64,000 nt of DNA from an uncultured Acidobacteriota bacterium (GCA_963770895.1 CAVYRF010000002.1:3264001-3328000), one strand, 5' to 3'; positions 1 to 12,040 are shown, numbered from the stretch's first letter. Notes: generated by a model from the sequence alone, not told the origin. Numbers and translations: made by a program.

Positions 1-379
1 CCTCCCAGGCATACCCCAGCTGCGGCCGCGCCAGCGCCATCACCATGCAAGCCAGCGCCGCCAGCCGCAGGTAGAACGGCAGGTGCAGGCGCCAAGCGCC
101 GCCCGGCCGCCGCCACCGGCGGCGGCTGCTTGCGGCCGGCGGTTGGGAGGGCCCCGCGGCTTGGGCGGCGACCGGGTTGACAGTCGCCATGTAGGAAGCG
201 GCAGGGCTGGTGGCCGCCGGGCCGGCGGCCACCGCACCGGCGGCGCGGGTGCCGGGCAGCTGGCTGTAGGTCAATGCGCCCAGCGATTGCCGGTGATGGT
301 GATGCCAGGCCAGCAGCGGCAGCGCCAGCAGCGCCATCAGCCACCAGGGATTAGCCAGGTGGGGAAACACCGCCGTCAT
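1..379 (-). CDS. VWA-domain protein, BatA-like (5' part only; continues off window)
   Basis: Hand translation from ATG 379 gives MTAVFPHLANPWWLMALLALPLLAW...ALARPQLGYAWE, a typical BatA N-terminus. It follows the MoxR-DUF58 genes. Confidence 0.8.
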   Translation of the reverse strand, partial: MTAVFPHLANPWWLMALLALPLLAWHHHHRQSLGALTYSQLPGTRAAGAVAAGPAATSPAASYMATVNPVAAQAAGPSQPPAASSRRRWRRPGGAWRLHLPFYLRLAALACMVMALARPQLGYAWE

Positions 380-462
380 CCCGCCGCCTCCCGGCCGCAG
401 GCATGAACGTGAAGCGCAGTCAGGACCAGCGCGATTTCTCCCATTGGTGCCGGCGCAATCAT
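376..462 (-). CDS. putative 28-aa coupled mini-ORF (MIAPAPMGEIALVLTALHVHACGREAAG)
   Basis: ATGA overlaps at both ends. Bounded by a 16-bp direct repeat (376-391, 459-474) containing GGAGG on the - strand. Confidence 0.35.
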   Translation of the reverse strand: MIAPAPMGEIALVLTALHVHACGREAAG

Positions 463-1585
463 CCCGCCGCCTCCAGGGGAGCGGGCGCCGCGGCGGCGGC
501 GCGGTTTTCGGCTTCGATCTGCTCGCCCAGGCGGCGCGCGGCGTCCAGGCGCTCGCGGGAGCGTTCGGGCGCCACCTGCTGGCGGGCGAACTTCACCATG
601 TCGCAGGCGCGCAGCAGCTCTACCAGGGGCCGCACCACCGCGCCGGGCCAGCCGCGCGCCAGCAGCGTGCGCTGGATTTCACTGGTGGTGCTTTCGGGCG
701 CCGGAAAGGCGCAGGCGCGTCCCAGGTAGCGGCGCAGTGCCTGGCTGAGGCCGGTGTGCAGCGCGGCCGGCGAGCCTGCGTCGTCGTGTTCCAGCCGGGT
801 GAGCGCCGCCACCAGCTCGGGCCAGGGGGCCAGCGCGGGCACCGCCACGGTGCCTGCCGCATCCTGGCGCCGCCGGCGCCGCCACAGCATCCACAGGCCC
901 GCGCCCGCCAGGGCGGCCAGCGCCGCCAGGGTGAGGAAGAAGGGCAGCCCCCATGGCAGCGGGCGCAGCGTTGCCGGCGGCCGCAGATGCCGGTCCTTGT
1001 CGCTTGGCGGCAGCACCGACTTGACCGTGATCGCGGCGCCGGCGGGAGTCATCGCCTGCACCGTGCCGCCGGCGAGCGGCACCGCGATCGCCACTGGCGG
1101 CAGCTCCACCTTGCCGGTGCGGAACGCCGCCAACACCAGGCGCTGCGTGTAGGTGATGGCGCCGCCGGCGCCGTCGCGCCGCAGCGGTTCGGCATGCTCG
1201 CGCACCTCCGCTTCGCCCCACGCTTCGCCCCACACCGGAAACCGCGGCTCGCCGGCCAGCCGCGCTCCCGCCGGCACCCGCAACGTGACGATCGCCTCCA
1301 GCCGATCTCCCACTGTCACCGCCGTACCCGGCAGCATTACCGACGCCCGCGGCGTGGGGCCGGCCGGCGTTGCAGCAACCGGCGATGCCGTGGAGGCCGC
1401 CGTTCCCGCAACGGGTATGGGTGCAGCAACCGGTGTAGCCGCAGCCGGCCGCGGACCGGCTGCCAGCGGCGCCGGCAGCACCGGTGCGCCGGCAGTGGGC
1501 GGCGCGCTCGCGGCGACCGCCGGTGTGGCGATCGCGACGGCCGCAAAGGTCGCGACGGCGACGGCAAGGCGCTTTGCGGCGGTGA

Positions 1586-1589
<4 letters not shown>
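459..1589 (-). CDS. membrane-anchored BatD/DUF4381-like protein of the MoxR operon
   Basis: Signal peptide, beta-rich domain, TM helix with RRRRR, and C-terminal LRRYL...STTSE...CDMVKFA. ATG/stop overlaps with neighbours. Confidence 0.7.
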
Positions 1590-3492
<1,903 letters not shown>

Positions 3493-3675
3493 GGCGCTCC
3501 CTCGGACAAAACCCTGGGCTGCAAGCCCAGTGCCACCGACCCCCAAGCCAAGAACACTCGCCCTGCCAAGCAATTAAGCCCAATCAACCGGTCGCCGCGA
3601 CGCCCGATCGGCCAATTCGGCACACGGCCGATCGATCTCGATAGAGGGCTGGCTGGGGTCTGATAGCGTGCGGAG

Positions 3676-4506
3676 GTGTCCGGGCCGCGGCTGAAAAAGG
3701 AGTTGGGGCAGCATCACCTGCGCGATGGGGCGCTGTGCCGGCCGCTGGTGGAGTTCCTGCAGCCGGACGGCCAGCAGGTGGTCGAGGTGGGGCCTGGCGG
3801 CGGGGTGCTGACCGGCGAGCTGGTCGCCGCCGGTGCCCGCGTGCTGGCGTGGGAGGTGGACATGGCCTGGGCGCTGGAGCTGCGGCGCCGCTTCGCGCTC
3901 CTGGATCGGCAGCTGCATGGGCTCCGGGAGCCCCGCGCCGGGTTGGCGATCGTTGTGGGAGACGCCATGGACCTCCCGTGGGGACGCCTGCCGGCCGGCA
4001 CGCTGGCGGCGGGCAACCTGCCGTACAACATCGCGACCGCCCTGATCGCGGCGCTCCTGCCGCACCACCGGCTGGTGCCGCGCGCCGCGTTCCTGGTGCA
4101 GCGCGAAGTGGCCGACCGCCTGCTGGCGGCGCCCGGCGATCCCGCCTATGGCGCGCTCAGCGTGCTGGTGGCGGCCTGCTCCCGCGCCGTGCTGCTGGCG
4201 CGCGTGCGCCGCGGCAGCTTCCGCCCGCCGCCGCGGGTCGAGGGCGCCTTTGTCGGCTTCGATCTGCAGCCGCCGCCGCTGCCCGACGACCAGATGCCGG
4301 CCTTTCTGGCCACCGTCCGAGCGGCCTTTGCCCAGCGCCGCAAGACCCTGCGCAACTCCCTGGCCACCGCTTGGGGACGCGACCGCACGGCCGCCGCGCT
4401 CGCCGCCCTGGGCCTGCCCGACACCCAGCGCGCCGAAACCATGAGCCTGACGGAGCTGCTCGCGCTCCATCGGGAAGGCACTGGCCTGGAGCCGCAAACC
4501 CCATGA
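3676..4506 (+). CDS. rsmA: 16S rRNA adenine dimethyltransferase RsmA/KsgA
   Basis: KKELGQH, VEVGPGGGVLT, GNLPYNI, QREVADR, FAQRRKTLRNSL. Confidence 0.93.
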   Translation: MSGPRLKKELGQHHLRDGALCRPLVEFLQPDGQQVVEVGPGGGVLTGELVAAGARVLAWEVDMAWALELRRRFALLDRQLHGLREPRAGLAIVVGDAMDLPWGRLPAGTLAAGNLPYNIATALIAALLPHHRLVPRAAFLVQREVADRLLAAPGDPAYGALSVLVAACSRAVLLARVRRGSFRPPPRVEGAFVGFDLQPPPLPDDQMPAFLATVRAAFAQRRKTLRNSLATAWGRDRTAAALAALGLPDTQRAETMSLTELLALHREGTGLEPQTP

Positions 4507-4529
4507 CAGGGACCGGAAGAGCGCCGCGG

Positions 4530-4555
4530 CGCCGATCACCTGACGGGGATCGGCG
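4530..4555. terminator. hairpin between convergent rsmA and peptide gene
   Basis: Stem CGCCGATC/GATCGGCG with no U-tract. Confidence 0.3.
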
Positions 4556-4572
4556 GCCGCGGCCGGGGCTGG

Positions 4573-4746
4573 TCAGTAGCAGGCGGCGCAGCTGCCGCAG
4601 CAGGTGCTGACGCAGAGGGGGGAGGTCTCGGGGAGCGGGTTGGTCGGGTAGATCGGATTGATGGCGGCGCCGCCGGTGCGGTTCAGGGTCTGCAGGCACA
4701 GGACGGTTTCTCGGTGGAGCACCAGGGGGCTGCGATGCTTTTTCAT
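4573..4746 (-). CDS. orphan RiPP (lanthipeptide-like) precursor, 57 aa
   Basis: AAGGAG RBS before ATG 4746. MKKHRSPLVLHRETVLCLQTLNRTGG leader, then a core ending TSPLCVSTCCGSCAACY. Confidence 0.7.
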   Translation of the reverse strand: MKKHRSPLVLHRETVLCLQTLNRTGGAAINPIYPTNPLPETSPLCVSTCCGSCAACY

Positions 4747-5006
4747 CGATCTCTCCTTTGCGGCTGGAAGGCCGCCGCGCGACGCGCGCGGGGTGAGGCA
4801 TGAGGCGTGACGCTTCATCTCAAGAGGTGCCGCCGAGACGGATTTTTGGCACGGTGGGGTGCGCCGGACGCGGTTCAAGAAGGCGATGTGCTAGAATTCT
4901 AGGGTATTTAGCGACCAATCCTTAAACCAGTACATAGGCCCTGGATCGACCCACATTTTCCAGCTCTCGGGGAGAGCCAACAGCCGGACACCCACGAGCC
5001 CGCCCA

Positions 5007-8000
5007 ATGTCGGTCGCCGTCACACGCACCAACAAGCGCCCTGAACGCCCGACCCTCTCTCCGGAGAAGGGGAGCGAGCTGCTCGGCATGGCGTTGGTGG
5101 GCCTGTCGCTGCTGCTGGCCCTCAGCTTTGCCAGCTACCAGCCGAGCGATCCCAGCCTGTTTCACGAGCTGCCGGAAGCGGCGCGGTCGCGCAACTGGAT
5201 CGGCCCGCTGGGCGCTCAGGCGGCGGCGGTGGGATTCGGCTTCTTCGGCGTCAGCTGCTTTTTGACCCCGATCTTCCTGCTGGTCGCCGGTTGGCGGCGG
5301 CTGCGCAGCGCCGCGGCGCCGCGGGTGGTGGGGCGCGGTTTCGGCTCGGCGCTGCTGCTGGCGTCGATGCCGGCGCTCTGCCAGGTGGTGTTGGGGCAGA
5401 TCCCCTGGCGCGGCGAGGCGCAGGCGGCAGGCGGCGCCATCGGCTCGGTGGTGGTCGGGCTGCTGGACGAGCGGCTGAACGTCGCCGGGTCGCTGGTGGT
5501 GCTGGCTCTGGCCGCGGCCCTGGGCCTGGCGCTGGTGGTGCAGTCGACCCTGGGCCAGGTGCTGGCCAGCTGGCGGCAGCGGCTGCGCCAGGTGTGGCAG
5601 GACCACACCCTGGCGCGCGAGCGCCGCAAGGAGCGGCGCGAAAAGGAGCGGGCGCGGCGCCGGGTCATCACCAAGCACCTGCAGCGCGTGGTCGAAGAAA
5701 AGCAGCAGAAGCAGCGGCGTGACGAAGACGTCGCCGCCAGGCGCGCGCCAGACCCCTCTCAGTCACCGCGGTCGCCGCGGCTGGCGGTGCGCGGCGCGCC
5801 GATGCAGCCGCTGGACGCGCTCAATCCGATGATCGCGGCCGGCGACCCCGGCGCCGACGACGTCTCGACCATGACCGACGGCCGCCTCGACCTGCCGCTG
5901 CGCGCCGCGCCGCGCCAGGGTCCCGCCGACCTGGGCGTGCGGCGGGTGGTGAGCCGCCCCGCGGCCGCCGCTTTCCTCCTGGACGGCGGCGCGCCCGGCG
6001 CCGGGGGCAACCTGGCGCCGCCCAGGGGCTCCGCGCCGGGCTTCGCACCCGCCCGGGGCGCCGCGCCGGCTGCCGCTGCCGCGGGTGGCGCCAGTGCTGC
6101 CGGCGCCGCTGCGACCTTCGGCTCCGCCGGTGCCGCTGCGACCTTTGGCTCCGCCGGTGCGGCTGATGCCTTCGGTGCAACGGGTGCCTTCGGTGCTGCT
6201 GGTTCCTCGGCTGCCGCCGGTACTGCCGCTGCCTCCGGTGCCGGTGGTGCGGTGGGGGCCGCCGGTGTCTCCGGCCCGCAGCCAGTGCGGGTGGTGGTGC
6301 GGCGCGGCACGCCTCCGGGCCACGTCTCCTCGACGGGGCACGCGCCCGCCTCCGGCCAGGCCTTCACAGGGCAGACCTCACCTGCCGGTCAGGCGTCGAC
6401 CGGCTCTGCCAGCAGCGCCGCCGCCGCTAGCGCCGGATCCTTTGCGGATGAATGGCTCGACCGCCACGACGGCGCCGGGCGACCGCAGGGTGCGGAACCG
6501 TTGCGGCCAAGCCGCCCCGGCACCGCCGCCCCCGCTTCAGCCGCCGGTCCCGCTGCCGGCGGCGGCTCCTCTGCCGGCGCCGGCGCGCTGCCGCGGGCGT
6601 CGGACCGCGCCGCCGCCGCTGGCGTCGGCGTCCCCGCTGCCGCTCTGCCGCAACCCAAGCTGCCGTTTGCCGGCGAGGCCAACGCGGTCCCCGGCGGCGG
6701 CGTGTTGCCGCCCATCAATCTCCTGCAGCTTGGCGACGGCAAGGGGACGATGGACGAAACGGAGCTGATGCGGCTGGGCGAGGTGATCCGCAACCGTTGC
6801 GCTGAGTTCGGCGTCGAAGGGACGATCGAGGCGATCAGCCCCGGGCCGGTGATCACGGTGTACGAGTTCCAGCCCGCTCCCGGCGTCAAGGTGGCCCACA
6901 TCGTCAATTTGCAGGACGACCTGGCGCTGGCGCTCAAGGCTGAATCGGTGCGCATCGACCGGCTTGCCGGGCGCTCCACCCTGGGCCTGGAAGTGCCCAA
7001 CCGCGAACGGGGTGTCATCCGCCTGGGCTCGCTGCTGGCCGACGAGCGCTTCCGCAAGCTGCAGTCGCCGCTCACCATGGCGATCGGCACCACGATCTAC
7101 GGCGAGCCCTACTACGCCGACCTGGCGACCATGCCGCACCTGCTGGTGGCCGGCGCCACCGGTGCCGGCAAGAGCGTCGGCTTGCAGAGCATGATCACTT
7201 CGATCCTCTACCGGGCGACGCGCGACGAGGTGCAGTTCATCTTCATCGACCCCAAGCGCATCGAGCTGGGCGTCTATGCCGACATCCCGCACCTCAAGGC
7301 CGAGGTGGTGGTCGACCCCAAGAAGGCCGCCAACGCGCTGCGCTGGGCGGTGGCCGAGATGGAGCGGCGCTACCGCCTGCTGGCCGAGGTGCACGTGCGG
7401 TCGATCGCCTATTACAACCGCGCCATCTGCGACCCCGAGGTGCGCGAGCGCCTGGCGCTGACGGAGGACGCCGAAAGCAGCCCGTTCACCGCCGCCGATC
7501 TCAAGCCGATGCCGTATTACGTGGTGATCATCGACGAGCTGGCCGACCTGATGATGGTCTCGTCGTCGGAGGTCGAAACCTCGATCGCCCGCCTGGCGCA
7601 GATGGCGCGGGCGGTCGGCATCCACCTGATCGTCGCCACCCAGCGGCCGTCGGTGGACGTGCTGACCGGCACCATCAAGGCCAACTTCCCCTGCCGCATC
7701 TCGTACGCCACGGCCAGCCGCCACGACTCCCGCACCATCCTCGACCAGGTGGGGTCCGAAAAGCTGCTCGGCAAGGGCGACATGCTGATGATGCCGCCCG
7801 GCTCCTCGCGCGTCATCCGCCTGCACGGCGCCTACGTGTCCGAGCAGGAAACCGCCTCGCTGGTGCGTTGGCTCAAGAAGCAGGGCAAGCCCGACCTGGA
7901 CCCCGACGTGCTGCGCGCGCCGGCGGAAAGCGAGGGCCACAGCGGCGAAGCCGGCGACAACGACGACGAGCTCTACGACGAAGCGGCGCGCCTGGTGGTG

Positions 8001-8204
8001 GCCGAGCGCCAGGCGTCCGCCAGCTTCCTGCAACGCCGCATGCGCATCGGCTTTTCGCGCGCGGCGCGCCTGATCGACCTGATGGAGCGCGACGGCCTGC
8101 TCGGTCCCCCCCAGGGCAGCAAGCCGCGCGAGGTGCTGGTCAAGCCCGACTACTTCAACGAGATGGAGATCGAGCAGGGCTACGCGGGCGACGACGACAA
8201 CTGA
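5007..8204 (+). CDS. ftsK: DNA translocase FtsK
   Basis: N-terminal TM domain, Ala/Gly/Pro linker, PHLLVAGATGAGKS, IIDELADLM, ATQRPSVDV, gamma domain LQRRMRIGFSRAARLID. Confidence 0.96.
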   Translation: MSVAVTRTNKRPERPTLSPEKGSELLGMALVGLSLLLALSFASYQPSDPSLFHELPEAARSRNWIGPLGAQAAAVGFGFFGVSCFLTPIFLLVAGWRRLRSAAAPRVVGRGFGSALLLASMPALCQVVLGQIPWRGEAQAAGGAIGSVVVGLLDERLNVAGSLVVLALAAALGLALVVQSTLGQVLASWRQRLRQVWQDHTLARERRKERREKERARRRVITKHLQRVVEEKQQKQRRDEDVAARRAPDPSQSPRSPRLAVRGAPMQPLDALNPMIAAGDPGADDVSTMTDGRLDLPLRAAPRQGPADLGVRRVVSRPAAAAFLLDGGAPGAGGNLAPPRGSAPGFAPARGAAPAAAAAGGASAAGAAATFGSAGAAATFGSAGAADAFGATGAFGAAGSSAAAGTAAASGAGGAVGAAGVSGPQPVRVVVRRGTPPGHVSSTGHAPASGQAFTGQTSPAGQASTGSASSAAAASAGSFADEWLDRHDGAGRPQGAEPLRPSRPGTAAPASAAGPAAGGGSSAGAGALPRASDRAAAAGVGVPAAALPQPKLPFAGEANAVPGGGVLPPINLLQLGDGKGTMDETELMRLGEVIRNRCAEFGVEGTIEAISPGPVITVYEFQPAPGVKVAHIVNLQDDLALALKAESVRIDRLAGRSTLGLEVPNRERGVIRLGSLLADERFRKLQSPLTMAIGTTIYGEPYYADLATMPHLLVAGATGAGKSVGLQSMITSILYRATRDEVQFIFIDPKRIELGVYADIPHLKAEVVVDPKKAANALRWAVAEMERRYRLLAEVHVRSIAYYNRAICDPEVRERLALTEDAESSPFTAADLKPMPYYVVIIDELADLMMVSSSEVETSIARLAQMARAVGIHLIVATQRPSVDVLTGTIKANFPCRISYATASRHDSRTILDQVGSEKLLGKGDMLMMPPGSSRVIRLHGAYVSEQETASLVRWLKKQGKPDLDPDVLRAPAESEGHSGEAGDNDDELYDEAARLVVAERQASASFLQRRMRIGFSRAARLIDLMERDGLLGPPQGSKPREVLVKPDYFNEMEIEQGYAGDDDN
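6099..6176 (+). repeat. 27-bp tandem repeat (2 near-perfect + 1 degenerate) in the ftsK linker
   Basis: GCCGGyGCCGCTGCGACCTTyGGCTCC twice, encoding AGAAATFGS. Confidence 0.75.
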
Positions 8205-8262
8205 CGGCCGCCCCAGCGCCCCCGGCCTTGCGGCCGGAAGGGGCGTCGGGGTGCCGCCGGTG

Positions 8263-9876
8263 CTAGTGGGTTCCCGCGGTGGCGCGCTGCATGGCGGTGC
8301 GGTCGAGCGCGCGGCGCTGGCTGAGCAGGGCGGCGGCGCGATCGAATTCTCCCATGGCGGCGCTCAGCTGCTTGTCGCCCTGTGCCAGGACGCGGTGCAG
8401 GGCTTCCTGGCCGAAGGCGATGTTCATCAGCTCGGCGCGGATCTCCAGCGCCGCGTAGTCACGGCTCTCCTGCGTTTGCAGCGCGTCTTTGGCCTCTTCG
8501 GCGCTGGCGATCGACTGCTGGATCAACCAGTCGTGGAATTCTGAGATCACTTCGGGACCGGGCTTCCAGTCTTCGCTCTTGATCGGGTGGCGATGGCTGT
8601 AGTCGACGGCGAAGTTGGCGAAGGCGTTGCGCGCGCGCAGGAACTGCCCCGCGGCCGACAGCTTGTCGTCTTCGACCACCACGTCGGGGGTGATGCCGCC
8701 GCCGCCGTAGACCTTGCGCCCGAGGTCGGTCTTGAAGATCTCGTCGGCGGGCACGTTCTTGCCGGTGATCTCGGGCGAGCCGGCGTCGGCGTGGGTGTAG
8801 TAGTCGAAATAGGAGGTGTAGTCGCGCTGGATCAGGCGGCCGGACGGCGTGTAGTACTTGGCGGTGGTGAGCGCCAGGCCGGTGCCGTACGACAGGGTGT
8901 ACACGGTCTGCACCAGGCCCTTGCCCCAGCTGGGAGTGCCGACGACCAGGCCGCGGTCGTGGTCCTGCACGGCGCCGGTGACGATCTCGGAGGCCGAGGC
9001 CGTCCCCTCGTTCACCAGCACCACCACCGGCAGGTCGAAGCGGGTCCGCCGGCTGTTCACCTTGTAGGTCTGGAAGGAGTCGCGGGTGCGGCCGCGCGTT
9101 TCCACGATGGTGCTGCCTTCGGGCAGCAGCTCTTCGCACACTTCGATCGCCGGGTCGAGCAGGCCGCCGCCGTTGTTGCGCAGATCGAACAGCAGGCGCG
9201 ACATGCCCTTGGCCTTCAGCTTGTCGATCGCTTCGGCCACTTCGTCGCCGGTGCCGCGGGAAAATTCAGCCACCTGGATGTAGCCGGTCGTCGGCGTCAG
9301 CATGTACGCCACCCGCACCGTGGTCTGCGGGATCTCGGCGCGGGTCACCGCCATTTCAATGGGCTTGCTCAAACCGCGGCGCACGATGCCGATGTGCACC
9401 TGAGTGCCCTTGGGGCCCTTGAGCTTGCCGACCGCTTCGTCCAGCCCCATGGTTTCGGTGGGCTCGCCTTCGATGGTGCTGATGATGTCGCCGGGCTGGA
9501 TGCCGAGCCGCGCGCCGGGGGTGCCTTCGAGCGGCGTGATCACCGTCAGCTGCCCGTCGCGGACGCCGACCATCACGCCCAGCCCGTAGTACGACGTCTG
9601 CTGCCGTTCGCGCATCCCTTCGTAGTCTTCGGCGACCAGGAACGTGGTGTGCGGATCGAGGGTGCGGATCATGCCCTGAATCGAGGCATAGATCAGGTCT
9701 TTGTAAGTCACCTGGGTGCCGTAGCGCTCGTGCGCGATCTTGACCAGGTCGGTATACAGGTGGAGCGAGTCGAGGTTTTGGTCGCTCAGGGCGAGCAGAC
9801 GGTCGCCCAGCAACCCGCCCGTGGCCAGAGCAAGGACGAACAACACGATTGCGGCAATGCGCCAGGAGCGTCTCAT
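8263..9876 (-). CDS. S41 family C-terminal processing protease (PDZ + S41)
   Basis: TLDPHT, PDZ domain, DLRNNGGG, TASASEIV, GKGLVQ, TTAKYYTPSGR. Start ATG 9876 overlaps the upstream stop (ATGA). Confidence 0.93.
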   Translation of the reverse strand: MRRSWRIAAIVLFVLALATGGLLGDRLLALSDQNLDSLHLYTDLVKIAHERYGTQVTYKDLIYASIQGMIRTLDPHTTFLVAEDYEGMRERQQTSYYGLGVMVGVRDGQLTVITPLEGTPGARLGIQPGDIISTIEGEPTETMGLDEAVGKLKGPKGTQVHIGIVRRGLSKPIEMAVTRAEIPQTTVRVAYMLTPTTGYIQVAEFSRGTGDEVAEAIDKLKAKGMSRLLFDLRNNGGGLLDPAIEVCEELLPEGSTIVETRGRTRDSFQTYKVNSRRTRFDLPVVVLVNEGTASASEIVTGAVQDHDRGLVVGTPSWGKGLVQTVYTLSYGTGLALTTAKYYTPSGRLIQRDYTSYFDYYTHADAGSPEITGKNVPADEIFKTDLGRKVYGGGGITPDVVVEDDKLSAAGQFLRARNAFANFAVDYSHRHPIKSEDWKPGPEVISEFHDWLIQQSIASAEEAKDALQTQESRDYAALEIRAELMNIAFGQEALHRVLAQGDKQLSAAMGEFDRAAALLSQRRALDRTAMQRATAGTH

Positions 9877-11915
9877 AATGATCCAGTGTACCACCGGCCC
9901 TGCCGCGGGTCGCGCTGCAAAAGGTAGAAGCCGGTGCGGGCCGGGCTTTCGGCGTCCGGGCAGGTCGTGACGGAAATGCGGTGCGCGCCCGGGGACAGGG
10001 CGACCGGCACCAGCAGGCCGCGTCCCAGGACGGCGTGCAGGGAGGCGGAGGTGGCGGCGATCAGCCGCCCGTCCAGGGTGAGCTGCGAGGGGCCCGACGG
10101 CGCCAGCTCGTAGAGGGTCTGGATGGCCGCGGCCGCCGTCTGGTCGTGCGCCAGCTCGATGCAGGCGCCCTGGGGGGCCAGCCGCCGCGCGTCGACGTAG
10201 CCTTCGACCTCGCCGCCGGCGCCCGGCGCCAGCCGCGGATAGGCGGCGCCGCCGGCCGGCTCCCGCCAATCCAGCACGAAAGCCCGGCCGTCCCGTTGCA
10301 GGCGGAAGGCGGCGTCGCTGCCGCGCCGCAGGACGACCGCTCGCGGATCGCCGTTCAGGCGCGCCAGCAGCCGTGCCGCCGAGGCGGTTTCGGGGAAGGC
10401 GACGATGTCGCTGTCGAGCAGGCGGGTCGCGACCAGCGGCACGTCCGGCTCGTCGCCGGCGAAGACCGCGCGCTGGGCGGCGTAGACCCGCGGATACGGC
10501 ACCGCCATGAATACCGGGTCGAGCACGTTCAGGTAGGCCGCCTGCGGCGCCCAGAACATGTAGATCGGCGTCGCCCACCACGGCGCCGCCACCCGCGCGC
10601 CGGGCGGCAGCGCGCGCGACAGGGCGACGCGCTGCGCCAGCCGCACCGCCCCCGGACCGGGATCGGTTTCGGCCGCCAGGTTGTACGCCAGTCCCAGGGC
10701 GGGCAGCCACCCGGCGGCCAGACAGACGGCCAACACCGCGACCAGCGGCAGCCTGCGGCCACCGGCGACGACGATCCAACGGCCGGGCGCGCGGCCGCGC
10801 CGCCGCAGCTCGAAGAGCGTCCACAGCGTCGCCAGCGGATAGAAGTAGGTGGCGAAGCGCAGCATCAGGAGGTACAGCACGGCAAACACCACGGTGGCGA
10901 TGGCGAAGATGTCGGCCGCCGCCGCCACCGCGCCGGCGTCGGAAGCATCCTGACCGCCGCCGCTTTCTGCGCCGGCATGGACGCCGGCCTGGACCGTCTG
11001 CGCGCCGCCGTCGCGCCGCGGCGAGCACCATAGTGCTGCCATGGCCAGGAACCAGGCGAGGCTTCCCAGCAGCACGTCCCGGGAGGAGGCGGGGAACAGC
11101 TCTGCCGCCATGTCCAGAGCGCCGCCCAGGCGGAACAGCTGGACGTTCTGCACCACCCAGACGTCCAGGTTGTGGGGGAAATTGGGGTGCACCACCAGGC
11201 CCAGCCCGGTGCCCAGCGCGGCATACAGCGGCAGCGCCCATTCCCAGCGCCGGCGCGCCCAGCCGAAGAACAGGAAGCACAGTCCGGCCAGGCCCAGCAG
11301 GGCGTGGAACGCGGTGTAGCTGAGGGCGTACAGGCCGCAGATCCCGCCGGCCAGCCGGTAGCGCCGCCGCGCCATCGCCCAGCAGGCCAGCAGCAGCAAC
11401 GCCAGCGACAGCAGCTCTGGCCGCAGGCGGCCCAGGCGCTCGGCGGTTGCCGGGGAGGCGTAGACCAGCAGGAACGGCAGGGCCAGGCCCCACCAGCCCA
11501 CCGCCCGCGCCCCCAGGTACGCCAGGACGCCGGCGACCAGGGCGACGCACAAGCCCATGGCCAGCGCCCCGGCCAGCCGCGGGTCCTGTGCCCCGGCCAG
11601 GCTGGCGCACGGCGCGATCAGCAGGTGAAACAGCAGCTCCTTGTCGCCGAAGCCCTGATGCATCAGGCTGAAACGCGCCCAGGGAAGGTCGCGCAGGATG
11701 CCGTGCGCCGCCATGGCGCGGGCGATCGCCAGGTGGTAGTACGAATCCGCCCCCGGCAGCAGACGCGCGCGCAACGCCAGAAAGCAGGCCGCGAACGCGG
11801 CCAGCCCGGCAAGCGCGCTGGCCGCCCACAGCCGTGCGCCCCGCGGCCCGTCGGGCCGGCCGGCCGTGCCCGCAGGGCGATCTGGCCCAGCGCCGTCCGC
11901 AGCCGCGCCGCTCAT
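9873..11915 (-). CDS. polytopic membrane protein, GT-C glycosyltransferase-like
   Basis: First loop ADSYYHLA, about 12 hydrophobic segments, RLRPELL motif, soluble C-terminal domain. Confidence 0.55.
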   Translation of the reverse strand: MSGAAADGAGPDRPAGTAGRPDGPRGARLWAASALAGLAAFAACFLALRARLLPGADSYYHLAIARAMAAHGILRDLPWARFSLMHQGFGDKELLFHLLIAPCASLAGAQDPRLAGALAMGLCVALVAGVLAYLGARAVGWWGLALPFLLVYASPATAERLGRLRPELLSLALLLLACWAMARRRYRLAGGICGLYALSYTAFHALLGLAGLCFLFFGWARRRWEWALPLYAALGTGLGLVVHPNFPHNLDVWVVQNVQLFRLGGALDMAAELFPASSRDVLLGSLAWFLAMAALWCSPRRDGGAQTVQAGVHAGAESGGGQDASDAGAVAAAADIFAIATVVFAVLYLLMLRFATYFYPLATLWTLFELRRRGRAPGRWIVVAGGRRLPLVAVLAVCLAAGWLPALGLAYNLAAETDPGPGAVRLAQRVALSRALPPGARVAAPWWATPIYMFWAPQAAYLNVLDPVFMAVPYPRVYAAQRAVFAGDEPDVPLVATRLLDSDIVAFPETASAARLLARLNGDPRAVVLRRGSDAAFRLQRDGRAFVLDWREPAGGAAYPRLAPGAGGEVEGYVDARRLAPQGACIELAHDQTAAAAIQTLYELAPSGPSQLTLDGRLIAATSASLHAVLGRGLLVPVALSPGAHRISVTTCPDAESPARTGFYLLQRDPRQGRWYTGSL

Positions 11916-12040
11916 CGCCGAGATCGTAGTGCAAGTGCGCGGCGCTGTCATGGCTCGCCTGCCCCGGCGCCAGCGGCGGCAGCGGCGGGCGGGGCGCGCT
12001 CGGCTTGACTTCGCCTCCTTGCCGCCGGATGATCGATCGA

